In this document: one piece after another, positions 11,507-21,402 of the stretch
Layout: every line of letters begins with the position of its first letter
Numbering within the stretch: position 1 is the stretch's first letter
From: an uncultured Bacteroides sp.
Lineage (GTDB): Bacteria > Bacteroidota > Bacteroidia > Bacteroidales > Bacteroidaceae
DNA length: 64,000 nucleotides
Assembly (NCBI GenBank): GCA_900546645.1
Contig: URDR01000004.1
Span: forward strand, 1,589-65,588
Direction of reading: 5' to 3'
Position numbers and translations under genes: made by a program
The notes under the pieces: generated by a model
Told to the model about the DNA's origin: nothing
What the model saw: the letters and a program-made list of their open reading frames with translations, nothing else
Database searches by the model: none

Positions 11507-11603
11507 CCGTTCAGTTTCTTACGGAGAAACCGGAGTTTTTCCACCGAGAAACCGGAGTTTCTTCACGGGAAAACCGGAGTTTTCTCACGGGAAACTGAGA
11601 CGG
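11507..11603. repeat. Array of ~22-bp imperfect palindromic repeats bounded by an inverted repeat
   Basis: Units at 11521, 11543, 11565 and a partial at 11587 (e.g. acggagaaaccggagtttttcc); flanks ccgttcagtttc (11507) and gaaactgagacgg (11591-11603) are near reverse complements. Confidence 0.85.
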
Positions 11604-11628
11604 CTGTAAGGGTGGGATGCGTGCATGG

Positions 11629-12057
11629 TTACCAGCGTGGAGTTTCTTCGTAGTTATCAAAAGTCACCTCGGTGCATACGCCCAGTTGGTGAAGTGTTTC
11701 TTTAATATCGTTTTGTTCTTCGGGCGAGAGAACCACGGCTCCTTTTCTCTGTTTGAAGTAGACGTTTCGTCCCAGCAGGGCAGTCCGTATATTCATGAAC
11801 TTCTGATATTGTTCCATCGAGAGCTGTTTCTTGAATCCGGTAAATCCGCGTGCAAAGGTAACCGGCTGGCTGTTTCTGTAATACGGGCACGATGCTTCTT
11901 TTGTGCATCGGGTGGGGTTAATGAGTCGCATGAAGTTTTCTTTATCCACCAGCAGGCGGTAGGCCAACTGATGGAGGCATGTGTCTGCCTGTTTGCAGTT
12001 GTGATGTATGCAGACAGCGTAATTGTTTGGTAAGGTTGTTTCAAATATTTTCTGCAT
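11629..12057 (-). CDS. Cys-rich small protein, DUF6078-like
   Basis: YAVCIHHNCKQADTCLH and CPYY pattern with YF..RKG...LSPEEQ..I C-terminus typical of this Bacteroidales family. Confidence 0.7.
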   Translation of the reverse strand: MQKIFETTLPNNYAVCIHHNCKQADTCLHQLAYRLLVDKENFMRLINPTRCTKEASCPYYRNSQPVTFARGFTGFKKQLSMEQYQKFMNIRTALLGRNVYFKQRKGAVVLSPEEQNDIKETLHQLGVCTEVTFDNYEETPRW

Positions 12058-12072
12058 AGTGGTAAGTATGTA

Positions 12073-13188
12073 TTAGTCGAACCAGTACTGCATCCGTGAG
12101 GCGAGTAAGGTTTCGAGGTCTTTAATGGTTTCACTGACTTGCTGCTTCTGCCGCTCGATGGCTTCGATGCGGGCGGCAAATTGTTGCTGGCTTTCTATTG
12201 GTGGAATTGGGACTTTTAATTCTCGTAAGACAAATAATTTTAACTCAGAAAAAGTTGCACCTCCCATTGACTTATAAGTATGTTTTAAAAGTATATTCAT
12301 GATCTTTTGGAGACATTCGCTTTTAAATACATCTTGATTAACATGTACCCATAATACACGTCCATCTTTAAAATATAGAGGCTCCTCTGTATTTACTATC
12401 CATGCAATACCTTCGCTATTTATAGACGGAATGAGTAAATCTCCATATTTTGGCACACCTGTAATAGCTTTAAGTCGCTCGTAGTGCTCTTTAGTAATGA
12501 ATAGAGAGTATTCCATTTTTTCACCACGAGTTAGTCTATTTAGTGCTGTTAGTTCTGTTCCTCTGATAAACGGAACTCCAGAATCAACAACTTCTTCAAT
12601 AAATACACGTTTAGCTGAAGTTACTTCGCATATATCTCCCAACTTTTTCACTTCCCATCCCTTTTCATTCTCCACGGGGTCACCAAACATCTCATAGAAG
12701 ATGCTTTGAGCTAATTGGTCATAGTCTTTCAGTTGCTGCTTCTTCAGCTGAATCAACTCGTTTATCTTGTCGAGTTCGGCAACGATGGCGAGCTGGGTGG
12801 GCTTAGGAGGAAGAGGCATTTCTATTTTAAGTAAATCTACTTTTGTTAAACTTGGAATAGTAACAGCCTTATTATGACGATTAAAATCATAATTTAGACA
12901 GAAATAGTATAGGTATTTGGATGCTAATAAATTTTGATTGCTATTAAGCCCAAATGCGGTATCAACGTTCCAAAATTTGCTCTCTACAAATATAGGTTTA
13001 TTAATATTTCCTTTTCTTCCAATAATTGTGCAATTCTCTGGACATAACCAATCATTAGCATATCCCATTATGCCACCACTTCCATATATGGGATATGTTC
13101 CATCTATAGATTCTACTGCTTTTTGGTTTTTCCCATTTATTATTGTTAGTACATCGGCCCATTTCTTATATTCCCAATCCTTTCTCAT
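12073..13188 (-). CDS. hsdS: Type I restriction-modification specificity subunit
   Basis: Two AT-rich TRDs separated by conserved PLPP..Q..IVAELD...MFGDP; C-terminal PIPPIESQQQFA helix. Confidence 0.95.
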   Translation of the reverse strand: MRKDWEYKKWADVLTIINGKNQKAVESIDGTYPIYGSGGIMGYANDWLCPENCTIIGRKGNINKPIFVESKFWNVDTAFGLNSNQNLLASKYLYYFCLNYDFNRHNKAVTIPSLTKVDLLKIEMPLPPKPTQLAIVAELDKINELIQLKKQQLKDYDQLAQSIFYEMFGDPVENEKGWEVKKLGDICEVTSAKRVFIEEVVDSGVPFIRGTELTALNRLTRGEKMEYSLFITKEHYERLKAITGVPKYGDLLIPSINSEGIAWIVNTEEPLYFKDGRVLWVHVNQDVFKSECLQKIMNILLKHTYKSMGGATFSELKLFVLRELKVPIPPIESQQQFAARIEAIERQKQQVSETIKDLETLLASRMQYWFD

Positions 13189-13292
13189 ACCTTTCCCTCC
13201 ATCTTTAATTCGTGTTGTAGTTTAAACAATTCCTTTGTATTCCATTCTCGTAAAATACATACATCTATTCTTCGTTTTTCACATAGCTATCC

Positions 13293-13790
13293 TTATTCCG
13301 GCTTATTATCAGTAAGAAGGGATGCTGTTTCCTGAAAATCTTGAGTTATTTCATCCAGTTTTGGATTCTGATTATCTACAATAATACAAATAAACAATTC
13401 TTCTTCTTCAATCTTGACATGAGCTTTACAAATGGTAAAGCGCTCATGAGAGTATTTATCGAACCAAGTCAGAAAAAGCCTGTTTCTTATTTCTTCCCTG
13501 CCATCACTTGTATCACATAGATAAAGCATTACCTCGCAATTAGAACGAAAGAACTCATTAATTATAGCCAAAATGGTAGCTTCCACCTTGGGGTCGTGAC
13601 TACTTTTTGTTTCTTCAATCTTCCTTATGATAAGCTGATACGTAGAGCATCCTCCCAATACAATATCCTCTTTGCTGAAACTTATACTATAATGGATACC
13701 CAAATCTGTTTGAAAAACGAAGCTATCTTCTTGCAATATTAAATTATAAGGAGAATTATGCAAGATGTGATTAAGAGAAAATTTAATCAT
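13293..13790 (-). CDS. DUF6169-like hypothetical protein
   Basis: FQTDLGIHY, HDPKVEATI..II.EFF, YLCDTSDGRE..RNRLF.TWF. Confidence 0.7.
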   Translation of the reverse strand: MIKFSLNHILHNSPYNLILQEDSFVFQTDLGIHYSISFSKEDIVLGGCSTYQLIIRKIEETKSSHDPKVEATILAIINEFFRSNCEVMLYLCDTSDGREEIRNRLFLTWFDKYSHERFTICKAHVKIEEEELFICIIVDNQNPKLDEITQDFQETASLLTDNKPE

Positions 13791-13924
13791 AACACAACGA
13801 CTTTGCCTTTAATACCTTCCTCTTTCCACTCCTTTGCCGTTTTTTTACGTATTCTTTCTTTATGCTCCAAAGCTTTTTTAATAGCCTTAAGAACTTCCTC
13901 CTTGGTTTTCTTCTTATTTTCCAT
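13787..13924 (-). CDS. 45-aa Lys/Glu-rich protein missing from the ORF track, coupled to the DUF6169-like gene
   Basis: MENKKKTKEEVLKAIKKALEHKERIRKKTAKEWKEEGIKGKVVVL*; its TGA overlaps the next ATG (ATGA 13790-13787). Confidence 0.7.
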   Translation of the reverse strand: MENKKKTKEEVLKAIKKALEHKERIRKKTAKEWKEEGIKGKVVVL

Positions 13925-13954
13925 ACTATCCTCCCATAAATTAGATTGTTACAA

Positions 13955-14050
13955 CAAATATAGTGAAAGGTGAGCGCAGTGCCAAGCCAAAAGCTTGCTT
14001 TTGAGCGAAAGCACTGCCGAACCGCATTCTATCTTATCCAAATATAGTGA
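13955..14050. repeat. Small palindromic element flanked by 12-bp direct repeats (MITE/REP-like)
   Basis: caaatatagtga at 13955-13966 and 14039-14050; nested stems gcagtgc/gcactgc and caaaagc-tt-gcttttg. Confidence 0.7.
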
Positions 14051-14108
14051 CATCTGATGAAAATCACAAATCACACATCGTTATATAATACGGTTTCCTG
14101 CACTCCTT

Positions 14109-15629
14109 TCATTCTTTCTCCTCCAGCATCTTATACAGTTCGCTATACCCCTTCAAGTATTGGCTTTCCGTTTGCTCCAATCGGGTCAGAATATCAGTTA
14201 CCGGTTCATATTCCACCTTTTCACGTTCCACCTCCTTGTATTTATTGATGGAAAGGTCGTAGTCATTCTTCCGGATTTCCTCTACCGGAACAAGGAAGCT
14301 CTGCTCCTTGCGGCTCCGTCTGGATTCAGCCTCCAGGTGACGGAAGCGAGCCACCACATCGGGAATATCATTGTCGCTGATGGGCGAACGCTTGTCATCC
14401 AATGAATAGCCGTCGGCTTTCATATCGTAGAACCATACCTTGTCTGTGCCGCCACTGTTGGTCTTGGTGAATACCAATACAGCAGTCGACACACCGGCAT
14501 AGGGCTTGAACACACCGCTCGGCATGGAAATCACCGCACGCAGCTGCTGATGGTCTACAATTTCCTTGCGGATAGCCAAGTGGGCTTTGCTGGAGCCGAA
14601 GAGTACGCCGTCGGGTACAATGCTGGCACAACGACCCCCGATTTCCAATGAGCGTACAAATTGGGCAAGGAAGAGCAGCTCGGTCTTGCTGGTGTTGGCA
14701 TACGCCAGGATTTTCTTGTTCACATTTCCCTTGTCTAAGCTTCCGGCAAAGGGCGGATTAGCCATGATGAGGCTGTAACACCGTTCGTCGTCGTTCTGCT
14801 CAGAGAGCGAGTCACGCCAAGCCAGTTCGGGAGCGGTGATGTCATGCAGCAGCAAGTTCATCGCCCCGATGCGCAGCATGGTCTGGTCGGTATCATACCC
14901 GTTGATCATGCTGGTTTTGATATGCTGAATTTCTTTCGCTGCATATTGTGCCATCTCTCCCTGTTCTTTGATATACTTCACGGCTTCCACCAGAAAGCCT
15001 GCCGACCCCATGGCAGGGTCGCAGATGTAATCCTGAGCCTTGGGTTCCATCATCTCTACAATCATGCGGATGATATGACGGGGCGTACGAAACTGTCCGT
15101 TGGTGCCCGAGGCAGCCATCTTGCCCAAAATATACTCATATACATCGCCCATGGCATCGCGGTTGTTCATATCGAGGGCATTGACTCCTTCTACCACTTT
15201 CACCAAGGTACGTGCGTTTGGGATGAGGAAAATGGCAGATTTCATGTAGCGGCTGTAGGCACTTTCTTCTCCGGTTCCGATGTGTTTGATAAACTCGAAT
15301 ACACTCTGCCGTACCAGCTTGAACATGTTGTCGGCTCCCAGGTTTTTGAATACATGCCAGCGCAGGTTCTCATAAGGCACTCCCTGCTTTTCTTCTTCGC
15401 TCACTGCATCGGGGTTCACCCATCGTTCTCCTTTCAGGAAGGTGGGGTTTAAGAGTGTGCCTCCCCAGAGCTCGGCATTTTGTTCTTCCTGCAGCTGCTT
15501 GTCGTCGAGCATTTTCATGAAGAAGATATACGTCATCTGCTCAAGTACGGTAATGGGGTTGGTGATGCCTGCCACGAAGAAGGTATCCCAAATCTGGTCT
15601 ATCTGATTTTTAATTTCGCCTGTAATCAT
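14109..15629 (-). CDS. hsdM: Type I restriction-modification N6-adenine methyltransferase
   Basis: GQFRTPRHI, DPAMGSAGFL and NPPF motifs; start MITGEIK at 15629, with -7 box TACCTTTG at 15692-15685. Confidence 0.96.
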   Translation of the reverse strand: MITGEIKNQIDQIWDTFFVAGITNPITVLEQMTYIFFMKMLDDKQLQEEQNAELWGGTLLNPTFLKGERWVNPDAVSEEEKQGVPYENLRWHVFKNLGADNMFKLVRQSVFEFIKHIGTGEESAYSRYMKSAIFLIPNARTLVKVVEGVNALDMNNRDAMGDVYEYILGKMAASGTNGQFRTPRHIIRMIVEMMEPKAQDYICDPAMGSAGFLVEAVKYIKEQGEMAQYAAKEIQHIKTSMINGYDTDQTMLRIGAMNLLLHDITAPELAWRDSLSEQNDDERCYSLIMANPPFAGSLDKGNVNKKILAYANTSKTELLFLAQFVRSLEIGGRCASIVPDGVLFGSSKAHLAIRKEIVDHQQLRAVISMPSGVFKPYAGVSTAVLVFTKTNSGGTDKVWFYDMKADGYSLDDKRSPISDNDIPDVVARFRHLEAESRRSRKEQSFLVPVEEIRKNDYDLSINKYKEVEREKVEYEPVTDILTRLEQTESQYLKGYSELYKMLEEKE

Positions 15630-15748
15630 TGGTTTCTGTTTCTTGTTTGGGGACTGTATGCCCCAGTTCTGAATGTTGTTATGGCAAAGGTAACAATCTT
15701 CTTGTGCATTTTTGCTTGATTTATTCTGTTTTTGTGGGTGAAGGAAAG

Positions 15749-15791
15749 AAAAAAACCGCCGGATATGCCTTTCAATAAGCATATCCGGCGG
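15749..15791 (-). terminator. Intrinsic terminator of tpx
   Basis: ccgccggatatgc/gcatatccggcgg stem followed by a U-tract on the minus strand. Confidence 0.85.
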
Positions 15792-15855
15792 GAAGAGTAA
15801 TCTGAATTCTACTGCACTTGAATTATTTTACAGTAGCCTTGATAAATTTTTCGCT

Positions 15856-16359
15856 TTACTTGATGGCAGCCAAGGCTGCTTCATAATTCGGTTCTTGCGT
15901 GATTTCAGGAACCAGTTCGGTATACACCACTTTTCCTTCAGGGTTGATAACTACCACTGCACGGGTAAGCAAGCCACATAAAGGACCGTCGGTAATCAAT
16001 ACACCATATTGTTCTCCAAAGTGAGAAGTGTAGCGGTAATCAGATAAAGAAACCACGTTTTCGATGCCTTCGGCTGTACAGAAACGGCCTTGTGCAAAAG
16101 GAAGGTCTTTTGAAATGGCCAGTACTACGGTATTGGGCATTTCAGCTGCCAGCTTATTGAACTTGCGTACTGAAGCAGCACATACGCCTGTATCCATGCT
16201 GGGGAAGATGTTGAGCAAGGCATATTTCCCTTTTACATCGGCTAAGGTAAAGTTGCTCAAGTCGCCTTTTACCAATGAAAACTCCGGAGCTTGTACTCCT
16301 GCTTCTACAAAGTTGCCGGCTAAAGTTACCGGACTTCCGTTAAATGCTGTCTTTGCCAT
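15856..16359 (-). CDS. tpx: Thiol peroxidase (atypical 2-Cys peroxiredoxin)
   Basis: FPSMDTGVC and [12 protein letters not shown] motifs. Confidence 0.95.
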   Translation of the reverse strand: MAKTAFNGSPVTLAGNFVEAGVQAPEFSLVKGDLSNFTLADVKGKYALLNIFPSMDTGVCAASVRKFNKLAAEMPNTVVLAISKDLPFAQGRFCTAEGIENVVSLSDYRYTSHFGEQYGVLITDGPLCGLLTRAVVVINPEGKVVYTELVPEITQEPNYEAALAAIK

Positions 16360-16459
16360 GATTGTTATGGTTTTAGTTTTGTTCTGCCAGATAAACAAGC
16401 GGTAAGGTCCGATTGTTTGTACAGCAAAGCAAGAAGAGTATTCTTTTAATGTTTATTAA

Positions 16460-17707
16460 TTAAAACAAGACGATGCCGATTTCGAACACAGCTTTGTTGT
16501 CTATTTTCCCTGCACCTTTGTAACCGCGCAGCCATTCATAACCTCCCGATGCGGTGAGTCCAAAACGGGGAGTGATGGCATATTCTAAGTTGATGCGGGG
16601 CTGGATGGCATACAGACGGGCAGGGTATCCCTGGTGTTTGTTATCGAAACTCTCAATATGGTAGTAGCCCAAATCGGCACTGACATCGAGGCGTGAGGTG
16701 AGGGGATAATAAACTCCGGCACGATAGAATCCGCTGAGCGAGAAATCGCGGTCAAGACCTAAATGGTAGACTCCTGTTCCCAGCTGGGTGTAGGCAAAGC
16801 GGTTCTTGAAGCGTACGGCCAGATTGAACTTGCTGGAGTTTCCGCCCGAGAGAATCATTTGGGTACGGGTGCCGGGTTTGATATTGATGCAGCCTATCTG
16901 ATGCGTTTTCTTGTCGGCACTGACATTGACCAATCCCAGTTGTACTCCTCTATCTCCCTGATTGGCAATATTGCCTATACCAAGCTGCAGTCCGTTATTC
17001 TGTGCACTATAGTTTAAAAAGCCGAACTGCACTCCTTTGTTTTTCACGTTCACATTGCCTAATCCAGCCAACTGTACCCCCCGGTTTTCATTCCCAGCTA
17101 TGTTCAGCAGGGCAGTGAGTTGCAGTCCGTTGCTGTTCTTAGCGGCAGCATTCATCAGTCCGCCTATGGCAAGTCCGTTATGGTTTTCACTTGTGATGTT
17201 GGCCAATCCTGCCACCTGCATGCCGTTGCTGTTGTCTCCGGTGATATTTACCAGTCCGCTGACAGCTACTCCATTCAGGTTCTGACCGGTGATGTTTCCC
17301 AGTCCGGAAATTTGGATGCCTCGGGTTGATTTTCCGCTGATGTTCATCAGTCCGGCAAGCGACATGCCGTTTGCGTCTTTCCCTGCGAGATTGGCGACGC
17401 CAGCCAACTGGAGTCCGGAGGCATTGAGCCCGCTGATATTCAAGAACCCCGACAGCTGTACGCCTTTCACGTTTTGATGTACGATGCTGGAAATCAAGTT
17501 GATGCCTGCTCCGTTCAGACTGCTGAAATTGCTAAGCAGACCGAAGTTGAAGTAGGTTTGGTGAGGATTCTTTTTTTTGTTGGTCACATTGAGTGACACG
17601 TTGGCTCCTTTTTTCAGTCCTTTTGTTTTTTGACCTGAAAGAGAAGTCGCTCCTACTGGCAGTGAAGCCAGCAGGAGCCAAGTCATGATGAGGGACTTTA
17701 TTTTCAT
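16460..17707 (-). CDS. Outer-membrane protein with ~15-aa G-x-Q-x-x-G-x-x-N repeats (LA_2272-like solenoid) and C-terminal beta-barrel
   Basis: Signal peptide; tandem GVQLSGFLN/GLQLAGVAN/GIQISGLGN repeats; terminal Phe. Confidence 0.8.
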   Translation of the reverse strand: MKIKSLIMTWLLLASLPVGATSLSGQKTKGLKKGANVSLNVTNKKKNPHQTYFNFGLLSNFSSLNGAGINLISSIVHQNVKGVQLSGFLNISGLNASGLQLAGVANLAGKDANGMSLAGLMNISGKSTRGIQISGLGNITGQNLNGVAVSGLVNITGDNSNGMQVAGLANITSENHNGLAIGGLMNAAAKNSNGLQLTALLNIAGNENRGVQLAGLGNVNVKNKGVQFGFLNYSAQNNGLQLGIGNIANQGDRGVQLGLVNVSADKKTHQIGCINIKPGTRTQMILSGGNSSKFNLAVRFKNRFAYTQLGTGVYHLGLDRDFSLSGFYRAGVYYPLTSRLDVSADLGYYHIESFDNKHQGYPARLYAIQPRINLEYAITPRFGLTASGGYEWLRGYKGAGKIDNKAVFEIGIVLF

Positions 17708-17712
17708 TGTTT

Positions 17713-19371
17713 TTATTTAACGTCTTGATAAAGGAAGCGCTTGATACTCTTTTTCGGAGTCTTTTCAAACTCTTCCGGATAGATTTTCACACGGGCTATC
17801 TGAGAGTAAGCCGGCAGATCGGCGTTGAGAGCCACGCGATTTTCCTCCATTGCTTTTTCAATATCTGCATCATTCATGCCCTGCGCATAAGCGTCATCAA
17901 AGTCCGGATAGATTAAAGCAGCCAGCTTGTTGTCGCTTTGCTGGATGACAATGCTTTCGCTTATCAGCGGAAGGTTATTCAGCTTGTCTTCTATTTCTTC
18001 CGGGTAGATGTTTTGTCCGGACGGACCGAGGAGCATGTTCTTGCTGCGTCCCTTGATGGTTACATTGCCTTCGGCATCCATGATACCGAGGTCGCCCGTA
18101 TGCAGCCATCCTTCTTTATCGATGACCTGTGCGGTCGATTCCGGGTTCTTATAATATCCCAGCATGACATTTTCACCTCGTGCAAGGATTTCGCCTACGA
18201 TATTTTCAGGGTCGCTGCTGTCTATTTTTACCTCCATGCGTGGAGCCGCCTTTCCGCATGAGCCGGGCTTGAAGCGGAGCCAGTCTTCATAGCAGATAAT
18301 GGGGGCGCACTCGGTCATGCCGTAGCCTACGGTGTAAGGGAAGTCAATGCTGCGCAAGAGTTTCTCAATATCCTGGTTGAAAGCCGCACCTCCGATAATC
18401 AGCTCATAAAAGTTTCCTCCGAAAGCCTGTATCATGTGCTCGCGTACGGTTGCTTTGATTTTGTCGTTAATCAGAGGAACTTTCAGCAAGATTTTCATCT
18501 TGAGTGTTTCCAGCTTGGGCAGGATGTTTTTCTTGATGATTTTTTCAATGATGAGGGGTACGGCAATGACGATGTGTGGTTTTACGTCGGAGAATGCCTG
18601 GAAAATGATTTTCGGGCTGGGCATGCGGGTGAGGAAATACACATGACATCCCGCACATACTTCGTAGAGGAATTCAAAAGCCAAACCATACATGTGTGCC
18701 ATCGGCAAGATGGATATGACCCGGTTTCCGGGCTTGAGGTTCATCACTTCGAAGGCAAACCGGGTGTTCGACCATAAGGCGCGGTAAGGAATCATGACCC
18801 CTTTGGAGAAGCTGGTGGTGCCCGACGTGTAGTTGATGATAGCGAGTTCTTCTGCCAGGTCGCGGCGGTAACTTACGTGCTCGCGGCGGAAATTGCGCGG
18901 GAATTTTTTGCCGAACATCTCATTCAAGTGTTCGCGGGCATATTCCAGTTTCTCACTGCGGCAAACCAACAGGGTAAAGTCGGTCATCAGAATGATTCCT
19001 TCGAGGTTGGGCATCTCGGCTTCATTCAGTGCTTCCCATACGACGTCTCCTACAAAAAGCAGGCGGGCATCAGAATGGTTGACAATGTTATGCACGTTGT
19101 CGGCCTTAAATTCATGCAGAATGGGTACAGCCACGGCTCCGTAGGTTATGATGGCAAGGAAGGCAACTCCCCAATGGGAGCTGTTTCGCCCGCATAGGGC
19201 AACTTTGTCGCCGGGTTTTACTCCGCTTTCGGCAAGCAGGATGTGGAGTTTTTCTATCTTCCGTGCCAAGTCTTTATACTGCAGGGTAGCTCCCTTGTAA
19301 TCTGTCAGCGCATCTAAGTCCCAGTTTTGCTTGATGCTTGTTTCTATAATTGAAATGAAACTTTTATCCAT
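17713..19371 (-). CDS. Long-chain fatty acid--CoA ligase (AMP-binding)
   Basis: YTSGTT..SKG, GYGMTE and TGDLG adenylate-forming motifs. Confidence 0.92.
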   Translation of the reverse strand: MDKSFISIIETSIKQNWDLDALTDYKGATLQYKDLARKIEKLHILLAESGVKPGDKVALCGRNSSHWGVAFLAIITYGAVAVPILHEFKADNVHNIVNHSDARLLFVGDVVWEALNEAEMPNLEGIILMTDFTLLVCRSEKLEYAREHLNEMFGKKFPRNFRREHVSYRRDLAEELAIINYTSGTTSFSKGVMIPYRALWSNTRFAFEVMNLKPGNRVISILPMAHMYGLAFEFLYEVCAGCHVYFLTRMPSPKIIFQAFSDVKPHIVIAVPLIIEKIIKKNILPKLETLKMKILLKVPLINDKIKATVREHMIQAFGGNFYELIIGGAAFNQDIEKLLRSIDFPYTVGYGMTECAPIICYEDWLRFKPGSCGKAAPRMEVKIDSSDPENIVGEILARGENVMLGYYKNPESTAQVIDKEGWLHTGDLGIMDAEGNVTIKGRSKNMLLGPSGQNIYPEEIEDKLNNLPLISESIVIQQSDNKLAALIYPDFDDAYAQGMNDADIEKAMEENRVALNADLPAYSQIARVKIYPEEFEKTPKKSIKRFLYQDVK

Positions 19372-19692
19372 ATCTTGTTTTATTAAATAAAATTGCACAA
19401 AGTGAAATGCATTTGTGCAAATGTACTAAAAATCTCTGGAATATCCGCCGAATTGCAGCAGATTAACGCAACAGGATTTGATAATTAGGGAGTTAGAGGA
19501 AAAACGCAGAAGTTGGGCAGACAGTTGAAAACCGTCTTAAAGCAGATTAAAGCAAAAGAACGGTTTCCTAATCATTACCCGATGAAAGTGCAGATTTAAC
19601 AGTCCCTATTTCATTTTGCGGCGTTCTGCGCAGCTTTGCTTATCAATAGGTAACTCGTTGATTTATAGTTTTGCAACCAAAAAGAAACGAGT

Positions 19693-20200
19693 ATGGCAAG
19701 AAGCACATTCAAGGTGCTGTTCTACGTGAACGGCAGTAAGGAAAAGAACGGATTACAAGCGGAACGACATCTCCATGCCTGAACTTACACCCGACTTCAT
19801 CAAGGAGTTCGCCGTGTTCCTTTCCAACGAAGCCGGACTGCACAACGGTTCGATATGGGAAAACTGCATGTGGCTGAAAGGTGTGGTGATGCGGGCGCAT
19901 TTTTTTGTTTTCGCCAGTTTTACCGCCCTCTCATTCGTGGATATAAAGGAATTAAGCAACGACCAAATTGTGGAAGTGAACGGTGAGAAATGGATTATTT
20001 CCAAACGACACAAGACGGGTGTACCGTTTCAGGTGAAGCTGCTGGATATTCCCTTGCAGATAATCGAGCGTTACAAGGCTTTTCAGGAAAACAATCTTGT
20101 ATTTCCCAATCTCAACTATTGGTCAATATGCAAGCGTATGGGAAAGATGATAAAGGAATGCGGTATTACCAAGAAAATCAGCTTTCACTGCTCAAGACAT
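19693..20200 (+). pseudogene. Tyrosine integrase remnant with internal deletions and truncated C-terminus
   Basis: MARSTFKVLFYVNGSKEKNG arm-binding start; jumps to YKRNDISMPELTPDFIKEF, then FVFASFTALSFVD and RHKT; ends at FHCSRH before the catalytic Tyr. Confidence 0.9.
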
Positions 20201-20800
20201 ATCATTTCTTCTTACTCATTGAAAACGAGAAACTTACAAAGATTGTCAGCTTGATAGGTAACGACTTGGAAACCAGCGGGCTTCTATATTCTGCAATGTT
20301 CTGCACTAATCAAAAGAACGCTTTTCTCTTTCGCAAAAGTAGTGTTTTAATCCCTAACTGCCAAAGTTATTCCTCTGAAAAACAGAGAAAATCGAACATC
20401 TTTTCATTATTGTACATTTGTTGCCCATCTTGCGGTCGAAACCCCAAAGCACTGCCCCTTTTAATCCCATGCCGTTCCATATTATATTTAAGCCTGCTTG
20501 CCGGCAGGCAGGTCAGTCGGCAAGCAAGCCAGATGGCAGGATGGACGGCAGGCAGGTTGGAGCGCGGGCAGGCTTGCAGGCCAGCGTGTGTATGTTCACA
20601 CGTATTTTCATTCATGCAAACTCACATTCAGTCAGGCTTGCAAGCATTCATGCGGATATAACCACTCTCTTACGCCCTCTCATCCTCTCATTCTCGTTCT
20701 TCTTTTGGGCAGCTTAGGCATCGGAAAACGATGCTTTGAGAGCCGGAATAACAGCACAAATTCCAATCCGTTTGCTGGCGGATTTTTGATTTCACGAGAA

Positions 20801-20912
20801 AGCAGCAAGGTGTCCTTCGAGTTACCCGAAGGCTTTTCGGTTACTGCCGAAAAGTGGCAGCAGCAAGGTATGTTTCGAGTTACTCGAAACCTTTCGGGTT
20901 ACTCCGAAAGCC
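20801..20912. other. Tandem hairpin cluster resembling the oriT/mob promoter region of Bacteroides conjugative elements
   Basis: Two units starting agcagcaaggt (20801, 20859), each with two stem-loops centred on gttac; GGCA/GCAG-rich low-complexity tract at ~20490-20650. Confidence 0.5.
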
Positions 20913-21017
20913 TAACCGCTGGGTTGCCTTCCGAAGTTGGACAACCTGTTTTTCGTATATTCTAATTACAAAAATTCACCTTGGCATGGCATTATCAGAT
21001 TTACTTTTAATGCAGCC

Positions 21018-21387
21018 TACAAGACGCAACAAAGTTCCCGTTCATTTTGTCGATGCCATTTTTGGAGTTCGAAAAACACATCTTCTACTTTTCCTTGTCT
21101 TTGGCCTTTACCGCCTCCCTCATCCACGCGCAAAAGGCATTCATAGAGGCTATGTCTTCCAAAAGCGGACGAACCTGCTTCAGCATACTCTCGTCATACC
21201 CGACACATATCGTTTTCCCTGATTCTGAAGCCGAGCCTACGATATCAACTTTCGTAGTTAAGAAGGTCATATTTTTCAACTTCGCCTCATTTCCTGCGAT
21301 GATTTCCTGCGCAAGATCTGCCAAGTGTGATGCCGATGTGGAAGTCAGCCCGTGATTGTCAAAGAATATTTCATTAATGGCATTCAT
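21018..21387 (-). pseudogene. Conserved hypothetical protein, internally deleted or frameshifted
   Basis: 100-aa ORF MNAINEIFFDNHGLTSTSASHLADLAQE stops at 21085; coding-like KVEDVFFELQKWHRQNEREL continues in another frame. Confidence 0.6.
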
Positions 21388-21402
21388 ACTGTTTTTATTT
21401 GA

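Noticed and set aside
11521..11603. Possible CRISPR array
   Set aside because: Units are contiguous without unique spacers, and there are no cas genes in the window
12073..13188. Phase-variable hsdS shufflon
   Set aside because: Only one hsdS; no silent TRD copies, flanking inverted repeats or recombinase visible
19990..21355. Overlapping ORFs 19990-20661, 20367-20615, 20418-20717, 20498-20965, 20854-21222 and 21047-21355
   Set aside because: Run through element-end, low-complexity and hairpin sequence or are antisense to a better ORF; no motifs
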